A stretch of DNA of 25,694 nt from Candidatus Undinarchaeota archaeon (lineage in GTDB: Archaea > Undinarchaeota > Undinarchaeia > Undinarchaeales > UBA543), in assembly GCA_964636545.1 (NCBI GenBank), contig CAZWSR010000010.1, positions 1-25,694 on the forward strand. Reading direction: 5' to 3'. Both the position numbers and the translations under genes were made by a program. The notes beneath the pieces were generated by a model. That model did no database searches, was not told where the DNA came from, and saw nothing but the letters and a program-made list of their open reading frames with translations. Positions 7,936 to 16,135 of this stretch are shown one piece after another; position 1 is the stretch's first letter, and every line of letters starts with the position of its first letter.

Positions 7936-8427
7936 ATGACCAATCATTCAGATATAGATTCAATTGATACCTCCCTTCTCAAGCTTCTGCAGAAGGATGG
8001 GTACTGCGTTCCAAAAACAACCAAGCTAGCAAAGGAACTAAATCTGCCTGCTGCAACTGTGCATTCCAGAATAAAAAAATTAGTTGACAAAGGCGTTATC
8101 CAAACTTTCCAAGCAGTTCTTGATGGAAAAAAAGCTGGAAAATCTTTAATTGTTTTCACAATTCTAAAAGTTGTTTATTCAGATCGTTACAGTGACAAAA
8201 AATCAATGCTTGATTTTGCTAAAAAATTAACTGATATTCCAGAAGTTATGGAAGTTCACTCTTGCTCAGCTGATTGGGATTATTTCCTGAAAATGAAAGT
8301 CAAAGATACAACTGATTATAATCGTGTGTTAACAGAAGAACTGTTGCCTCTTGGCGGTATTGAAAAATCTGAGAGTGTTGTTGTGTATGGAACTTACAAG
8401 GAAAACCTTAACATTTCTCTTCCGTAA
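7936..8427 (+). CDS. Lrp/AsnC-family transcriptional regulator
   Basis: IDSIDTSLLKLLQKDG, LAKELNLPAATVHSRIKKL..GVI, and IPEVMEVHSCSADWDYFLK. Confidence 0.93.
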   Translation: MTNHSDIDSIDTSLLKLLQKDGYCVPKTTKLAKELNLPAATVHSRIKKLVDKGVIQTFQAVLDGKKAGKSLIVFTILKVVYSDRYSDKKSMLDFAKKLTDIPEVMEVHSCSADWDYFLKMKVKDTTDYNRVLTEELLPLGGIEKSESVVVYGTYKENLNISLP

Positions 8428-9286
8428 TATCGCACCTTACAAGAATTAGTTCTTTTTCTGCATGTATTTTTCCTTTTAGTCCTGCTTGTGCTAGTTCATC
8501 CAGAATAGCTTCTTTAGAATACCAAGTTGAGAAAAATTTTGTTGTTGGTGAGAAGAAATATGTTTTATCATCTGCATCATTTCTAATCTCTACAATATCT
8601 TCCCCATACACATTTCCATGTTTCTTATAATAATCTCGAGCTTTTTCTATTTTGTCTCTGTTAAATACACTAAACAAGAAGTGTCCAGATGGAATATTCT
8701 CTTTTATATTTTTAAATGCTGTAACTCTGTCATCTCCTAATGGAATATTTCCAATTGTTCCAAACATGCAAGTTGCAATAACTGGAGTTTTCAACTGCAA
8801 TTTCTGAAGGTTTACTGCATCTGCTCTGAAAAATGTTATTTTACCATTAACTTTCAGTATCTTTTTCAGTTCCTGTGCTTTAGTAAGCATGGTTCTTGAA
8901 ATATCAAATGCGTAAATTTTCTTGATTTTCGGTTCTTTGTGATAAGTAAATGGTATTCTTCCTGGGCCACAGCCAACATCCAAAAGCGTGCATCCATCTA
9001 TGATATGGTCTTCAATAAATTTTTCTTCCATTTCAAGCTGAGCTTTAATAATCGGATCTAAATTCTCCTCCTTATTCAAAATCGGCATGACGCAATGCTT
9101 TGTATAATCATCTGCAGCTGAAGTATAACATTCTTCAGTACTGTTACTTGTTAAAGTAATATATTTTTTAATAAAAGTCTTTGATGGAATAATGGACTCG
9201 TGTTCTAAATAGTACTTTGTTAGTTCTGTTGGACTCCGAATGCCTGCAAACTCATTTAGAGCCTTAAAATCGCCATCCCCCTGCAT
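8408..9286 (-). CDS. Class I SAM-dependent methyltransferase, substrate unknown
   Basis: LLDVGCGPG motif I, AFDISRTML and FFRADA. Start 9286 preferred from TATA at about 9310-9318; the ORF is open to 9349. Confidence 0.88.
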   Translation of the reverse strand: MQGDGDFKALNEFAGIRSPTELTKYYLEHESIIPSKTFIKKYITLTSNSTEECYTSAADDYTKHCVMPILNKEENLDPIIKAQLEMEEKFIEDHIIDGCTLLDVGCGPGRIPFTYHKEPKIKKIYAFDISRTMLTKAQELKKILKVNGKITFFRADAVNLQKLQLKTPVIATCMFGTIGNIPLGDDRVTAFKNIKENIPSGHFLFSVFNRDKIEKARDYYKKHGNVYGEDIVEIRNDADDKTYFFSPTTKFFSTWYSKEAILDELAQAGLKGKIHAEKELILVRCDITEEKC

Positions 9287-9377
9287 ATTTTTTCTTGCGT
9301 TCACCCTTGTATATAAGTTTTTTGGGAAAGGGCCTGTTCCAAAAAGCATTAAAACTCCTAAATCTGCACTTTACTCG

Positions 9378-10013
9378 ATGAAAACTCAAATATCGCCATC
9401 ATTATTGTCAGCTGACTTTGCTAGACTTGGTGAGCAAATGAAAGAGCTTGAGGAGCTTGCTGACTCATGGCATTTTGATGTGATGGATGGTCACTTTGTC
9501 CCAAACATCAGTATTGGTGTTCCTGTTCTAAAATCAATACGAAGCATAACGAAAAAGCCAATAGTTGCTCATTTGATGGTCGAGCATCCTGAAGATTATA
9601 TTGAAGTATTTGCTAATGCTGGCGCAGATGTTATTGAGTTTCATATTGAAACTGTTCCTGAGCCGCAAAAATTAATAGACCAAATACACAACCTTGGAAA
9701 AAAAGTCGGGATCGCGCTTAATCCAGACACTTCTCTTGATATGGTTGTTCCTTACTTGAAAAAAATTGATCTTGTGCTTCTAATGTCTGTAAACCCAGGT
9801 TTTGCTGGACAGGAATTTATTGATATTTCTGACAAAATCAAGGAGCTTCGTGAACAGTATAAGGGTGACATAGAAGTAGATGGTGGAATAACTGATGAAA
9901 CTGCAAAAATAGTTCATGGTGCTGGAGCAACTATTCTAGTGTCTGGCTCTCATATTTTCAAATCTGCAAACTCTTCTCAAACAATCAAACAGCTACGAAG
10001 CAGTCTATCTTAA
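9378..10013 (+). CDS. rpe: Ribulose-phosphate 3-epimerase
   Basis: ISPSLLSADF, HFDVMDGHFVPN, MSVNPGFAGQ and IEVDGGI; ATG 9378. Confidence 0.97.
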   Translation: MKTQISPSLLSADFARLGEQMKELEELADSWHFDVMDGHFVPNISIGVPVLKSIRSITKKPIVAHLMVEHPEDYIEVFANAGADVIEFHIETVPEPQKLIDQIHNLGKKVGIALNPDTSLDMVVPYLKKIDLVLLMSVNPGFAGQEFIDISDKIKELREQYKGDIEVDGGITDETAKIVHGAGATILVSGSHIFKSANSSQTIKQLRSSLS

Positions 10014-10861
10014 TTTGCTCGGCTAAGTATTTTATCAACTGTAATGTCGAAGATCAGAGTTTTTCCTGACAATAGATGATTATAATCAACAATCACTAAT
10101 TCTTCATCTGCTTTTATAACTCTACCAACTTGTCCTTGTTTATTAATGGCAGTGCTTCCTATTTTTGGGATGTGCCTCATTGTTATTTCTGCTTTTCCAA
10201 TTTCAATACATTTTATTGGCCACCACATCAATATTGGGTTGTAATATGCTGATTCTTCAACAAGTAGTTGTTCAAATCTTACTTCTCCGAAAGTTTCGTC
10301 AATATCAACTATTTTTAACGACCAAGGATAATTCTGCATTGTTATAATATTCCCAATCACAAGCTCATCACCTATTTTTGCTTCTGCATCTTCTATTATC
10401 ATGTCAACATATCTCATTATCTTGTATGTTGCTGGCATTTCTTCCCACAAATTCATTTGGGTTTCACCATATCCATATTTCGGAGAAACAGATACTCTTT
10501 TTTCTTCTCCTTCTTTCATTTCTTGAACATTAAATTCTATTCCTTTGATTACTGTTCCTTCACCAACTGTGAAGACTGTAGTATCATTTTCAAAAACTGT
10601 TCCATCTTCATGCATTCCTACATATGCTACACGAATTCGGTCTCCAAGTCCTACTCCAGGATTATACATAAATGAAACAACAAGAATTGTTATAACTACA
10701 ATTACAACAAGTGCACTCAAATAAAAATACGGCATTTTGCTTCTCTTTTCAAATCGCTCTTTTAATTTTGTCCCTGCTATTTTTTCAACAGCACGGCCGA
10801 TATCACTCTCAATTTTTGCAGCTAGATCTTTCTTTTTTTTCGCAGTTATTTTTTTAGCCAT
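10010..10861 (-). CDS. FKBP-type peptidyl-prolyl isomerase (SlyD/archaeal type) with N-terminal membrane anchor and enlarged insert
   Basis: GDRIRVAYVG..DGTVF, GEGTVIKG, PKYGYG and VDYNHLLSGKTLIFDITV; one TM segment. Confidence 0.88.
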   Translation of the reverse strand: MAKKITAKKKKDLAAKIESDIGRAVEKIAGTKLKERFEKRSKMPYFYLSALVVIVVITILVVSFMYNPGVGLGDRIRVAYVGMHEDGTVFENDTTVFTVGEGTVIKGIEFNVQEMKEGEEKRVSVSPKYGYGETQMNLWEEMPATYKIMRYVDMIIEDAEAKIGDELVIGNIITMQNYPWSLKIVDIDETFGEVRFEQLLVEESAYYNPILMWWPIKCIEIGKAEITMRHIPKIGSTAINKQGQVGRVIKADEELVIVDYNHLLSGKTLIFDITVDKILSRAN

Positions 10862-10904
10862 AGCATTTCAATAAAATTCACTTGTTTTTAAGTCTTATGA
10901 TATA

Positions 10905-12263
10905 CTACATTCCAGGGATTTTGCCTTTTAACATGCGCATCATCTTGCCCATACCTCGTTTGTTCCCACTAACCTGCTTCATCATCTTCTTTGTCATGTT
11001 ATATTGTTTCAATAGCATACGGACATCTTCAACTGAAACCCCAGCACCCTTTGCAATTCTCTTTACTCTGGCGCCGCTCAAGACCTCTGGGTTATTTAAT
11101 TCTTCTTTTGTCATTGAATCCATTATTGTTGTGAATTTCTTTATTCGCTCTTCAGACATCTGCATCTGGTCTTTTGGTAAATCAACACCCATTGGCAGCA
11201 TTTCCATAATCTTGCTCATGGATCCCATTTTCTTCATGCCTTGAATTTGTTTGTAAAGATCCTTCAAAGTGAACTTGCCTTTTGCCATTTCTTTCATTTT
11301 GTCCTGATCTTCTTCATCAAAAACTTCTGCTGTTTTCTTAATCAGGGTTTCAAGATCTCCCATTCCCAAGAGCTTTGAAATAAACTTTGTTGGATTAAAT
11401 TCTTCAAGTGCATTTATTCCTTCACCAACACCAACGAATTTTATTGGAACGCCAATTGTTGCGCAGGCTGACAAAGCACCACCACCCTTTGCACTTGAAT
11501 CAAGTTTTGTTAAAATAACTCCTGTAACTCCAACTGTTTCATTAAAAGCGCGTGCCTGCTCAGCTGCTTTCTGGCCAACATCTGCTGGCATTATTAAAAT
11601 TTTCTCCTGAGGTTTGAAAGTGTCATTAATGTGTTTGAGTTCTTTTGTAAGTTCTTTGTCAATTGTGTTTCGTCCTTTTGCATCTTGTGTTAGTGCATCT
11701 CGTCCTGCAGAATCAACAATTACAATATCTGCATCTTTTACATTTGCTTCATTTTCTTTGAGTATTTTGATTGGGTCTTTGCCGCCCCCAAAAACCGGAA
11801 TATTATTTTCTTCTCCCAATTGCTTTAATTGCTCATAAGCTGCTGGTCTCCAAGTATCTGTGGAAATCATTGCAACCTTGAGTCCTTTTTTCTGCAAGTA
11901 TTTTCCTAATTTAGCACAAGTAGTTGTTTTTCCAGCACCGAAAAGTCCAACCAGCATTATTTTCCCTTTTTCCTCAAGTTTTAGTTCGCCTTCTTCTCCT
12001 GCAAGTGCTTTTAGAAGTTCCTCATGAACAATATTGACGACATGTTCGCGCTTTGAAAGTCCTGTTTTTGGTTTTTCCTCTAGTGCGCGTTTCTTGATAC
12101 TCTCTGACATTTCAAAAACAAGCTTAACATTTACATCTGATGCCAAAAGCGCACGCTGTATGTCCTTTACAGTTATCTCAAGAGTCTCTTTATCAATGTA
12201 TCCGGACCTTGCTATCTTTCGCAAGCTTTCTCTTAGTGCACTTCCTAGTTTGTCCAATACCAT
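10905..12263 (-). CDS. srp54: Signal recognition particle protein Srp54
   Basis: GLFGAGKTTT, DTWRPAA, DSAGR and TKLDSSAKGGG; Met-rich M domain with RIAKGAG. Confidence 0.98.
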   Translation of the reverse strand: MVLDKLGSALRESLRKIARSGYIDKETLEITVKDIQRALLASDVNVKLVFEMSESIKKRALEEKPKTGLSKREHVVNIVHEELLKALAGEEGELKLEEKGKIMLVGLFGAGKTTTCAKLGKYLQKKGLKVAMISTDTWRPAAYEQLKQLGEENNIPVFGGGKDPIKILKENEANVKDADIVIVDSAGRDALTQDAKGRNTIDKELTKELKHINDTFKPQEKILIMPADVGQKAAEQARAFNETVGVTGVILTKLDSSAKGGGALSACATIGVPIKFVGVGEGINALEEFNPTKFISKLLGMGDLETLIKKTAEVFDEEDQDKMKEMAKGKFTLKDLYKQIQGMKKMGSMSKIMEMLPMGVDLPKDQMQMSEERIKKFTTIMDSMTKEELNNPEVLSGARVKRIAKGAGVSVEDVRMLLKQYNMTKKMMKQVSGNKRGMGKMMRMLKGKIPGM

Positions 12264-12365
12264 GCTTTATCCTCTTATGACTGGGCTTAATATTTGTTGT
12301 GGTTGGTGCTTTTTAGGCGAAAACTTTTATACTAACTAATGCATTGAAAAACTGAGGGGAATGTG

Positions 12366-12506
12366 TTGGATGATGAAAAGTCACTAGGTCCAGTTACTGG
12401 ATTACGCGCAGGTCTTGTCGGGTGCTTAATCTTGATTTTGATATGTCTAATGCTATATTACACATTTTGGCCCCTTGTTAAGATTGCTGCTACTTTTGTT
12501 GCATAA
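12366..12506 (+). CDS. Small single-TM protein with class III (pilin-type) signal-peptide-like N-terminus; absent from ORF track
   Basis: TTG start (GTG at 12363 also in frame) after GAGGGG; MDDEKSLGPVTGLRAGLVGCLILILICLMLYYTFWPLVKIAATFVA. Confidence 0.55.
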   Translation: MDDEKSLGPVTGLRAGLVGCLILILICLMLYYTFWPLVKIAATFVA

Positions 12507-12525
12507 ATGTTGGTTATATTTGTTC

Positions 12526-12612
12526 AGGTAGTAGGTAGTAGGCAGTGGGTTGTAGGTTAGGTTATTCCTACTGCCCACTGCCCACTACCCAGTGCCCACT
12601 ACCCAGTGCCCA
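12526..12612. repeat. Intergenic heptamer inverted-repeat element
   Basis: aggtagt aggtagt aggcagt gggttgt agg, 10-nt spacer, then cctactg cccactg cccacta cccagtg cccacta cccagtg; arms are imperfect reverse complements. Confidence 0.9.
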
Positions 12613-12659
12613 TCTCCATGACCAAAAGGTTTATATCTGATTTTTGTCCATTTTTTAGT

Positions 12660-13259
12660 ATGCATATGTCAAAACATATATTCGCAAGCTTTGTACTGGG
12701 AAGTAGCCTACTCTATTTGCTAAATATGCCAATTTTTTCAAAAGAGCTTATTGTTATGGTGCTTGTCGGTGGTGGTGTGGATTTTGACCATCTCATAATC
12801 CAAATGATGCATGGCAACTTATTCCATCCAGAAAAGATGGCTCGTCACTTTGCAGCCACTAAAGACAGCCATACTGGTTTCTTATATTTATTTCACACAT
12901 ACGAGGCAATGACTCTTGTTGCTCTCGCCGGTCTCTTAAATCCAATGTTCTTCTTCGCATTTGGTGCAATGGCTTTGCACTTTGTTTGTGATGCTATTTG
13001 CAATTTCAGGGACACACATACTTTCGAGTGGATTGAAGATTATTCAGTAATTTATTATCTCTATAACAGACGAGATTATCATGTTGTTGAAAAAGTTTTT
13101 GTAAAATCTCTTAAGATGATGAATCCAATGAGTTCAAAAAGCATTTTCAAACTTTTTGCAGTATATGCTGCTTATGTTTATACAAATCCAAAATTCTTCT
13201 TCGGTTCTTTTGTTGATTTTCCAATAAGAATTGTTAAGTGGATGGTTTCTAAATTATAA
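12660..13259 (+). CDS. Membrane protein, putative metal-dependent hydrolase (YdjM-like His/Asp pattern)
   Basis: KHIF, DFDH, FHT and HFVCD spaced among TM helices; ATG 12660 or 12666 lies about 25-30 nt after TTTATA. Confidence 0.7.
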   Translation: MHMSKHIFASFVLGSSLLYLLNMPIFSKELIVMVLVGGGVDFDHLIIQMMHGNLFHPEKMARHFAATKDSHTGFLYLFHTYEAMTLVALAGLLNPMFFFAFGAMALHFVCDAICNFRDTHTFEWIEDYSVIYYLYNRRDYHVVEKVFVKSLKMMNPMSSKSIFKLFAVYAAYVYTNPKFFFGSFVDFPIRIVKWMVSKL

Positions 13260-13334
13260 TGGTGGGCCCAACCGGATTTGAACCGGTGACCTCCGCCATG
13301 TGAAGGCGACATCATACCACTAGACTATGGGCCC
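13260..13334 (-). tRNA. tRNA-Val (anticodon CAC), intronless, CCA encoded
   Basis: Acceptor GGGCCCA/TGGGCCC, anticodon arm TCGCC-TTCACAT-GGCGG, T arm ACCGG-TTCAAAT-CCGGT, 3' ACCA. Confidence 0.98.
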
Positions 13335-13393
13335 GAGAAATATATCTTCTTCTCACAGCAATGTTTAATAAGGTTTTCTGCATTCTATTTACT

Positions 13394-13582
13394 ATGACAA
13401 CTTGTCCAAAATGCAAACTTGAAATCAACCAAGCAGATCTTGTAATCTGTGCTAAGTGCAATGTTGAGCTTCATAAGGGATGTTCTCGTACTTATGGTCC
13501 AAAAATTGAGAAAAAGCGATATTGCAGGCATTGCCGTAAGGAATTAGATGAAGACAATCCAACTTGGGTTGGGATGGGATGA
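13394..13582 (+). CDS. Small zinc-finger protein (PHD/RING-like C4HC3 spacing)
   Basis: CPKC-x9-CAKC-x4-H-x2-C-x13-CRHC; ATGA overlap with rnp4. Confidence 0.75.
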   Translation: MTTCPKCKLEINQADLVICAKCNVELHKGCSRTYGPKIEKKRYCRHCRKELDEDNPTWVGMG

Positions 13583-13896
13583 AAAAGCAAAAGCGTGGAA
13601 ATGTCAAACAATCTCTGAAAGAACTTGCTAGAGATCGAATTAAAATTCTTTTCAAACATGCTGAAAAAGCAACTCCTGAAGCTGCTCAGAAAGCTGTTAA
13701 ACGAGCTCGTGCAATTGGGATGAAATATCGGGTGCATATGCCAAAGGATGTTAAGAGAAAATATTGCAAAAAATGCAATGCTTTTTTAAGGCCAGGGGTG
13801 AATTGCACAATTCGATTAAATCAGAAGAAACAGCCGCATGTTGTGATTACTTGTAAGGGTTGTGGGGCAATTATGCGGGTGCCGTATAAAAAGTAG
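13579..13896 (+). CDS. rnp4: Ribonuclease P protein component 4 (Rpp21)
   Basis: LARDRIKILF, ARAIGMKYR, KRKYCKKC..L.PG and ITCKGCG..R.PY. Confidence 0.96.
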   Translation: MKKQKRGNVKQSLKELARDRIKILFKHAEKATPEAAQKAVKRARAIGMKYRVHMPKDVKRKYCKKCNAFLRPGVNCTIRLNQKKQPHVVITCKGCGAIMRVPYKK

Positions 13897-13962
13897 GTAT
13901 CAGGTATCAGCCCTCGGCCCTCAGGACCTGACTGCTGAATGCTGACAGCTGACACCTTAACC
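13896..13962. repeat. REP-like 4+4 heptamer palindrome, copy A
   Basis: ggtatca ggtatca gccctcg gccctca GGACC tgactgc tgaatgc tgacagc tgacacc TTAACC. Confidence 0.9.
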
Positions 13963-14047
13963 AACATAACCAAAAACTTATAAACACCCTTCTTAATGAA
14001 TTCTTCACCAATGGGGATTGGTTCTGCGCGGCAGGAGAAATAAAACT

Positions 14048-14668
14048 ATGGTAAATGCATACGACGTACCTGCATCAGATCTTATTGATGCAGTTGCAAA
14101 AGAACTAAAAAATAATGAAAAAATACAGCCTCCAGAATGGATGGCTTTTGCAAAGAGCGGAGCTCATGTAGAGCGACCGCCTCAGGACGAAGACTTCTGG
14201 TATATCCGTGGAGCATCAATGCTTCGCAAGATTTACGTGAAGGGCAACCTCGGAACCGAGCGCTTGCGAACTGAATTTGGTGGGAAGCGAAACCGCGGAG
14301 CAAAACCAGGACAGCACAGAAAAGCTGGCGGATCAATTATTCGAAAACTTCTCCAGCAATTTGAAGCAGCTGGTCTCATTAAGAAAATGAAAACCGGTCG
14401 CGTAATTGCACCTGCTGGTCAGAAACTTTTGGATAATACTGCTTACACACTTTCTAAAAAGCCAAAAACCAAAGAAGAGGCAGTTGAACAGGTTAAGGAA
14501 AAAGCAAAAGATATGGCTGAGAAACTTCCAGAACAGAAATCTGAGAAACTGAAAATCAAACCTGAAAAGAAAGAAGATAAGCCAAAAAAGGAAGAGCCAA
14601 AACCAGAGCAGAAACCTGAGAAGAAAGAAGAAAAGCCAAAAGAAGACGCCAAACCTGAAAAGAACTAA
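14048..14668 (+). CDS. rps19e: 30S ribosomal protein S19e with Lys/Glu/Pro tail
   Basis: DVPASDLI, PEWMAFAKSG, ERPP, WYIRGASMLRK and GSIIRKLLQQFE; ATG 14048 after AGGAG. Confidence 0.97.
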   Translation: MVNAYDVPASDLIDAVAKELKNNEKIQPPEWMAFAKSGAHVERPPQDEDFWYIRGASMLRKIYVKGNLGTERLRTEFGGKRNRGAKPGQHRKAGGSIIRKLLQQFEAAGLIKKMKTGRVIAPAGQKLLDNTAYTLSKKPKTKEEAVEQVKEKAKDMAEKLPEQKSEKLKIKPEKKEDKPKKEEPKPEQKPEKKEEKPKEDAKPEKN

Positions 14669-14677
14669 TCTTATTCT

Positions 14678-15055
14678 ATGGACTCAACTTCAGAAATTGA
14701 TGCAATTAGACAGAAGAAGCTTGCAGAGCTCCAGCAACAGCAAGAAGCACAACAACAGCAAGCTCAGCAAGAAGCAGCTGCAAAACAGCAAATTGAAACA
14801 GTTCTAAAGCAACTTCTTACTCAGGATGCATGGGAACAGTGGAATAATCTCAAATACCGCGACTCAATTTCTGGAACAACTTATGCTCATCAAGTTGCAA
14901 TAACTCTAATTCAAGCAACCCAAGGTGGGCAAATTCAAGGTCCAATAAACAAGGAGCAGTTGAAGCGTTTCCTAGCAGTTGTTCAGCAAAAAACACGGCG
15001 CGAAATAAATATCAAAGGTCTTTCTGAGAAATTCCGAAGCAAAAGCTCACAATAG
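14678..15055 (+). CDS. PDCD5-like DNA-binding protein (COG2118), divergent
   Basis: IDAIRQKKLAELQ, poly-Gln, LKQLLTQDA, VAITLIQ and INKEQLKRFL; canonical position after rps19e. Confidence 0.88.
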   Translation: MDSTSEIDAIRQKKLAELQQQQEAQQQQAQQEAAAKQQIETVLKQLLTQDAWEQWNNLKYRDSISGTTYAHQVAITLIQATQGGQIQGPINKEQLKRFLAVVQQKTRREINIKGLSEKFRSKSSQ

Positions 15056-15097
15056 TAGTATTACTTCAGCAGAATTCTTATTTTTGAAACATACAGC

Positions 15098-15262
15098 TCA
15101 AGCTTGGGAAGTTAGAAGTCCGATTATTATTCCTAAAACAATTCCTACCGTTATTCCCAGTACCATGTTGCCATTTAATAAAATCCCGTAAAGTACGCCT
15201 GCCAAGCATCCAAATGCTGTGCCAAGTCCTATACCATACGCGAGTTTTGTGTCTGTTGCCAT
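15098..15262 (-). CDS. 54-aa glycine-zipper membrane protein; absent from ORF track
   Basis: MATDTKLAYGIGLGTAFGCLAGVLYGILLNGNMVLGITVGIVLGIIIGLLTSQA with two GxxxG runs; TATA-like TTATAAA at about 15285-15291. Confidence 0.7.
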   Translation of the reverse strand: MATDTKLAYGIGLGTAFGCLAGVLYGILLNGNMVLGITVGIVLGIIIGLLTSQA

Positions 15263-15296
15263 TAAAATCTGGTATGTTTAGGGTGTTTATAAGTGT

Positions 15297-16052
15297 TTAT
15301 AACTCAGCATTCATTCTTTTTGCTAGTGCTTTCTGGCTGTCTATTAGTTTGTTCATTTCATCTACAATCTTTTCCTGAGCTGATTCACTTTTAGCATTTT
15401 TGATTTTGCTTACAGTTGCCATTGCAGACTCAACATCGTTCTGAATATCATTTGTATAAACTCGAATATTGTCATAATGTTTCCCTTTCAATAATTGAAT
15501 AACTATTTTCACATTTTTCAGTAATCTGTCCATAAATTCTATAACTGCATTTTTAATGAAGCCCTTGATGCCGGATTCTGTTGTTATATATTTTACTGCA
15601 GCCTCTATTTCTTTTTCAAGGTTCTCCATCAATGAAAGTATTCTTAGATAATCTGGAGTATCTTTTACTAAATAACTCTGAACCTCTATTATAATTTTTT
15701 TAAATGTCTCTAGATATTCTGTTGCTTTTGTTTTTAGTTTCTGTTTTGTAGCTTCTTTTTCTGCTGCTGTTTCCGCAGTTTTTGAAGTTTTCTTACTTCT
15801 AAACAAATTCTTTAAAAACCCGTCACTGCTACTACTGCTACTTGTTGATGTGCTTTTACTACTGAACAATCTACTGAAAAATCCTTTTCCAGTTGATGAT
15901 TTCTTTTTCCCAGCTTTTCTGAGAAATATAAATAATACAATAACCACTACAACAATTCCAATTATCATTGTTGTATTTCCTGCTCCAGCTGATCCAAAAT
16001 CAATTCCTAGAAAATTACTTCCTCCTGCGCCCCAGCGTGAATCAACTACCAT
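15297..16052 (-). CDS. Membrane-anchored helical hypothetical protein
   Basis: One N-terminal TM segment, basic and Ser-rich linker with repeated GF(F/L)xxLF, long helical C-terminus. ATG 16052 chosen from TATA spacing. Confidence 0.75.
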   Translation of the reverse strand: MVVDSRWGAGGSNFLGIDFGSAGAGNTTMIIGIVVVVIVLFIFLRKAGKKKSSTGKGFFSRLFSSKSTSTSSSSSSDGFLKNLFRSKKTSKTAETAAEKEATKQKLKTKATEYLETFKKIIIEVQSYLVKDTPDYLRILSLMENLEKEIEAAVKYITTESGIKGFIKNAVIEFMDRLLKNVKIVIQLLKGKHYDNIRVYTNDIQNDVESAMATVSKIKNAKSESAQEKIVDEMNKLIDSQKALAKRMNAEL

Positions 16053-16135
16053 GCATAAACTGTGTACCTTTTTGTTTATAAATCTGATTGACACCCACCA
16101 AAACTCCTATATACTCACAATCAACCCCAATACTT

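Noticed and set aside
9240-9377. N-terminal extension of Rpe in the ORF track
   Set aside because: Homology starts at Met 9378 and the extension overlaps the divergent methyltransferase. The same reasoning was used to trim starts at 12606, 14018, 16088 and 21778.
12526-12612. CRISPR array
   Set aside because: Units are 7 nt, tandem and inverted, with no unique spacers and no cas genes.
13260-13334. tRNA as integration site of a mobile element
   Set aside because: No duplicate of the tRNA 3' end and no integrase seen in the window.
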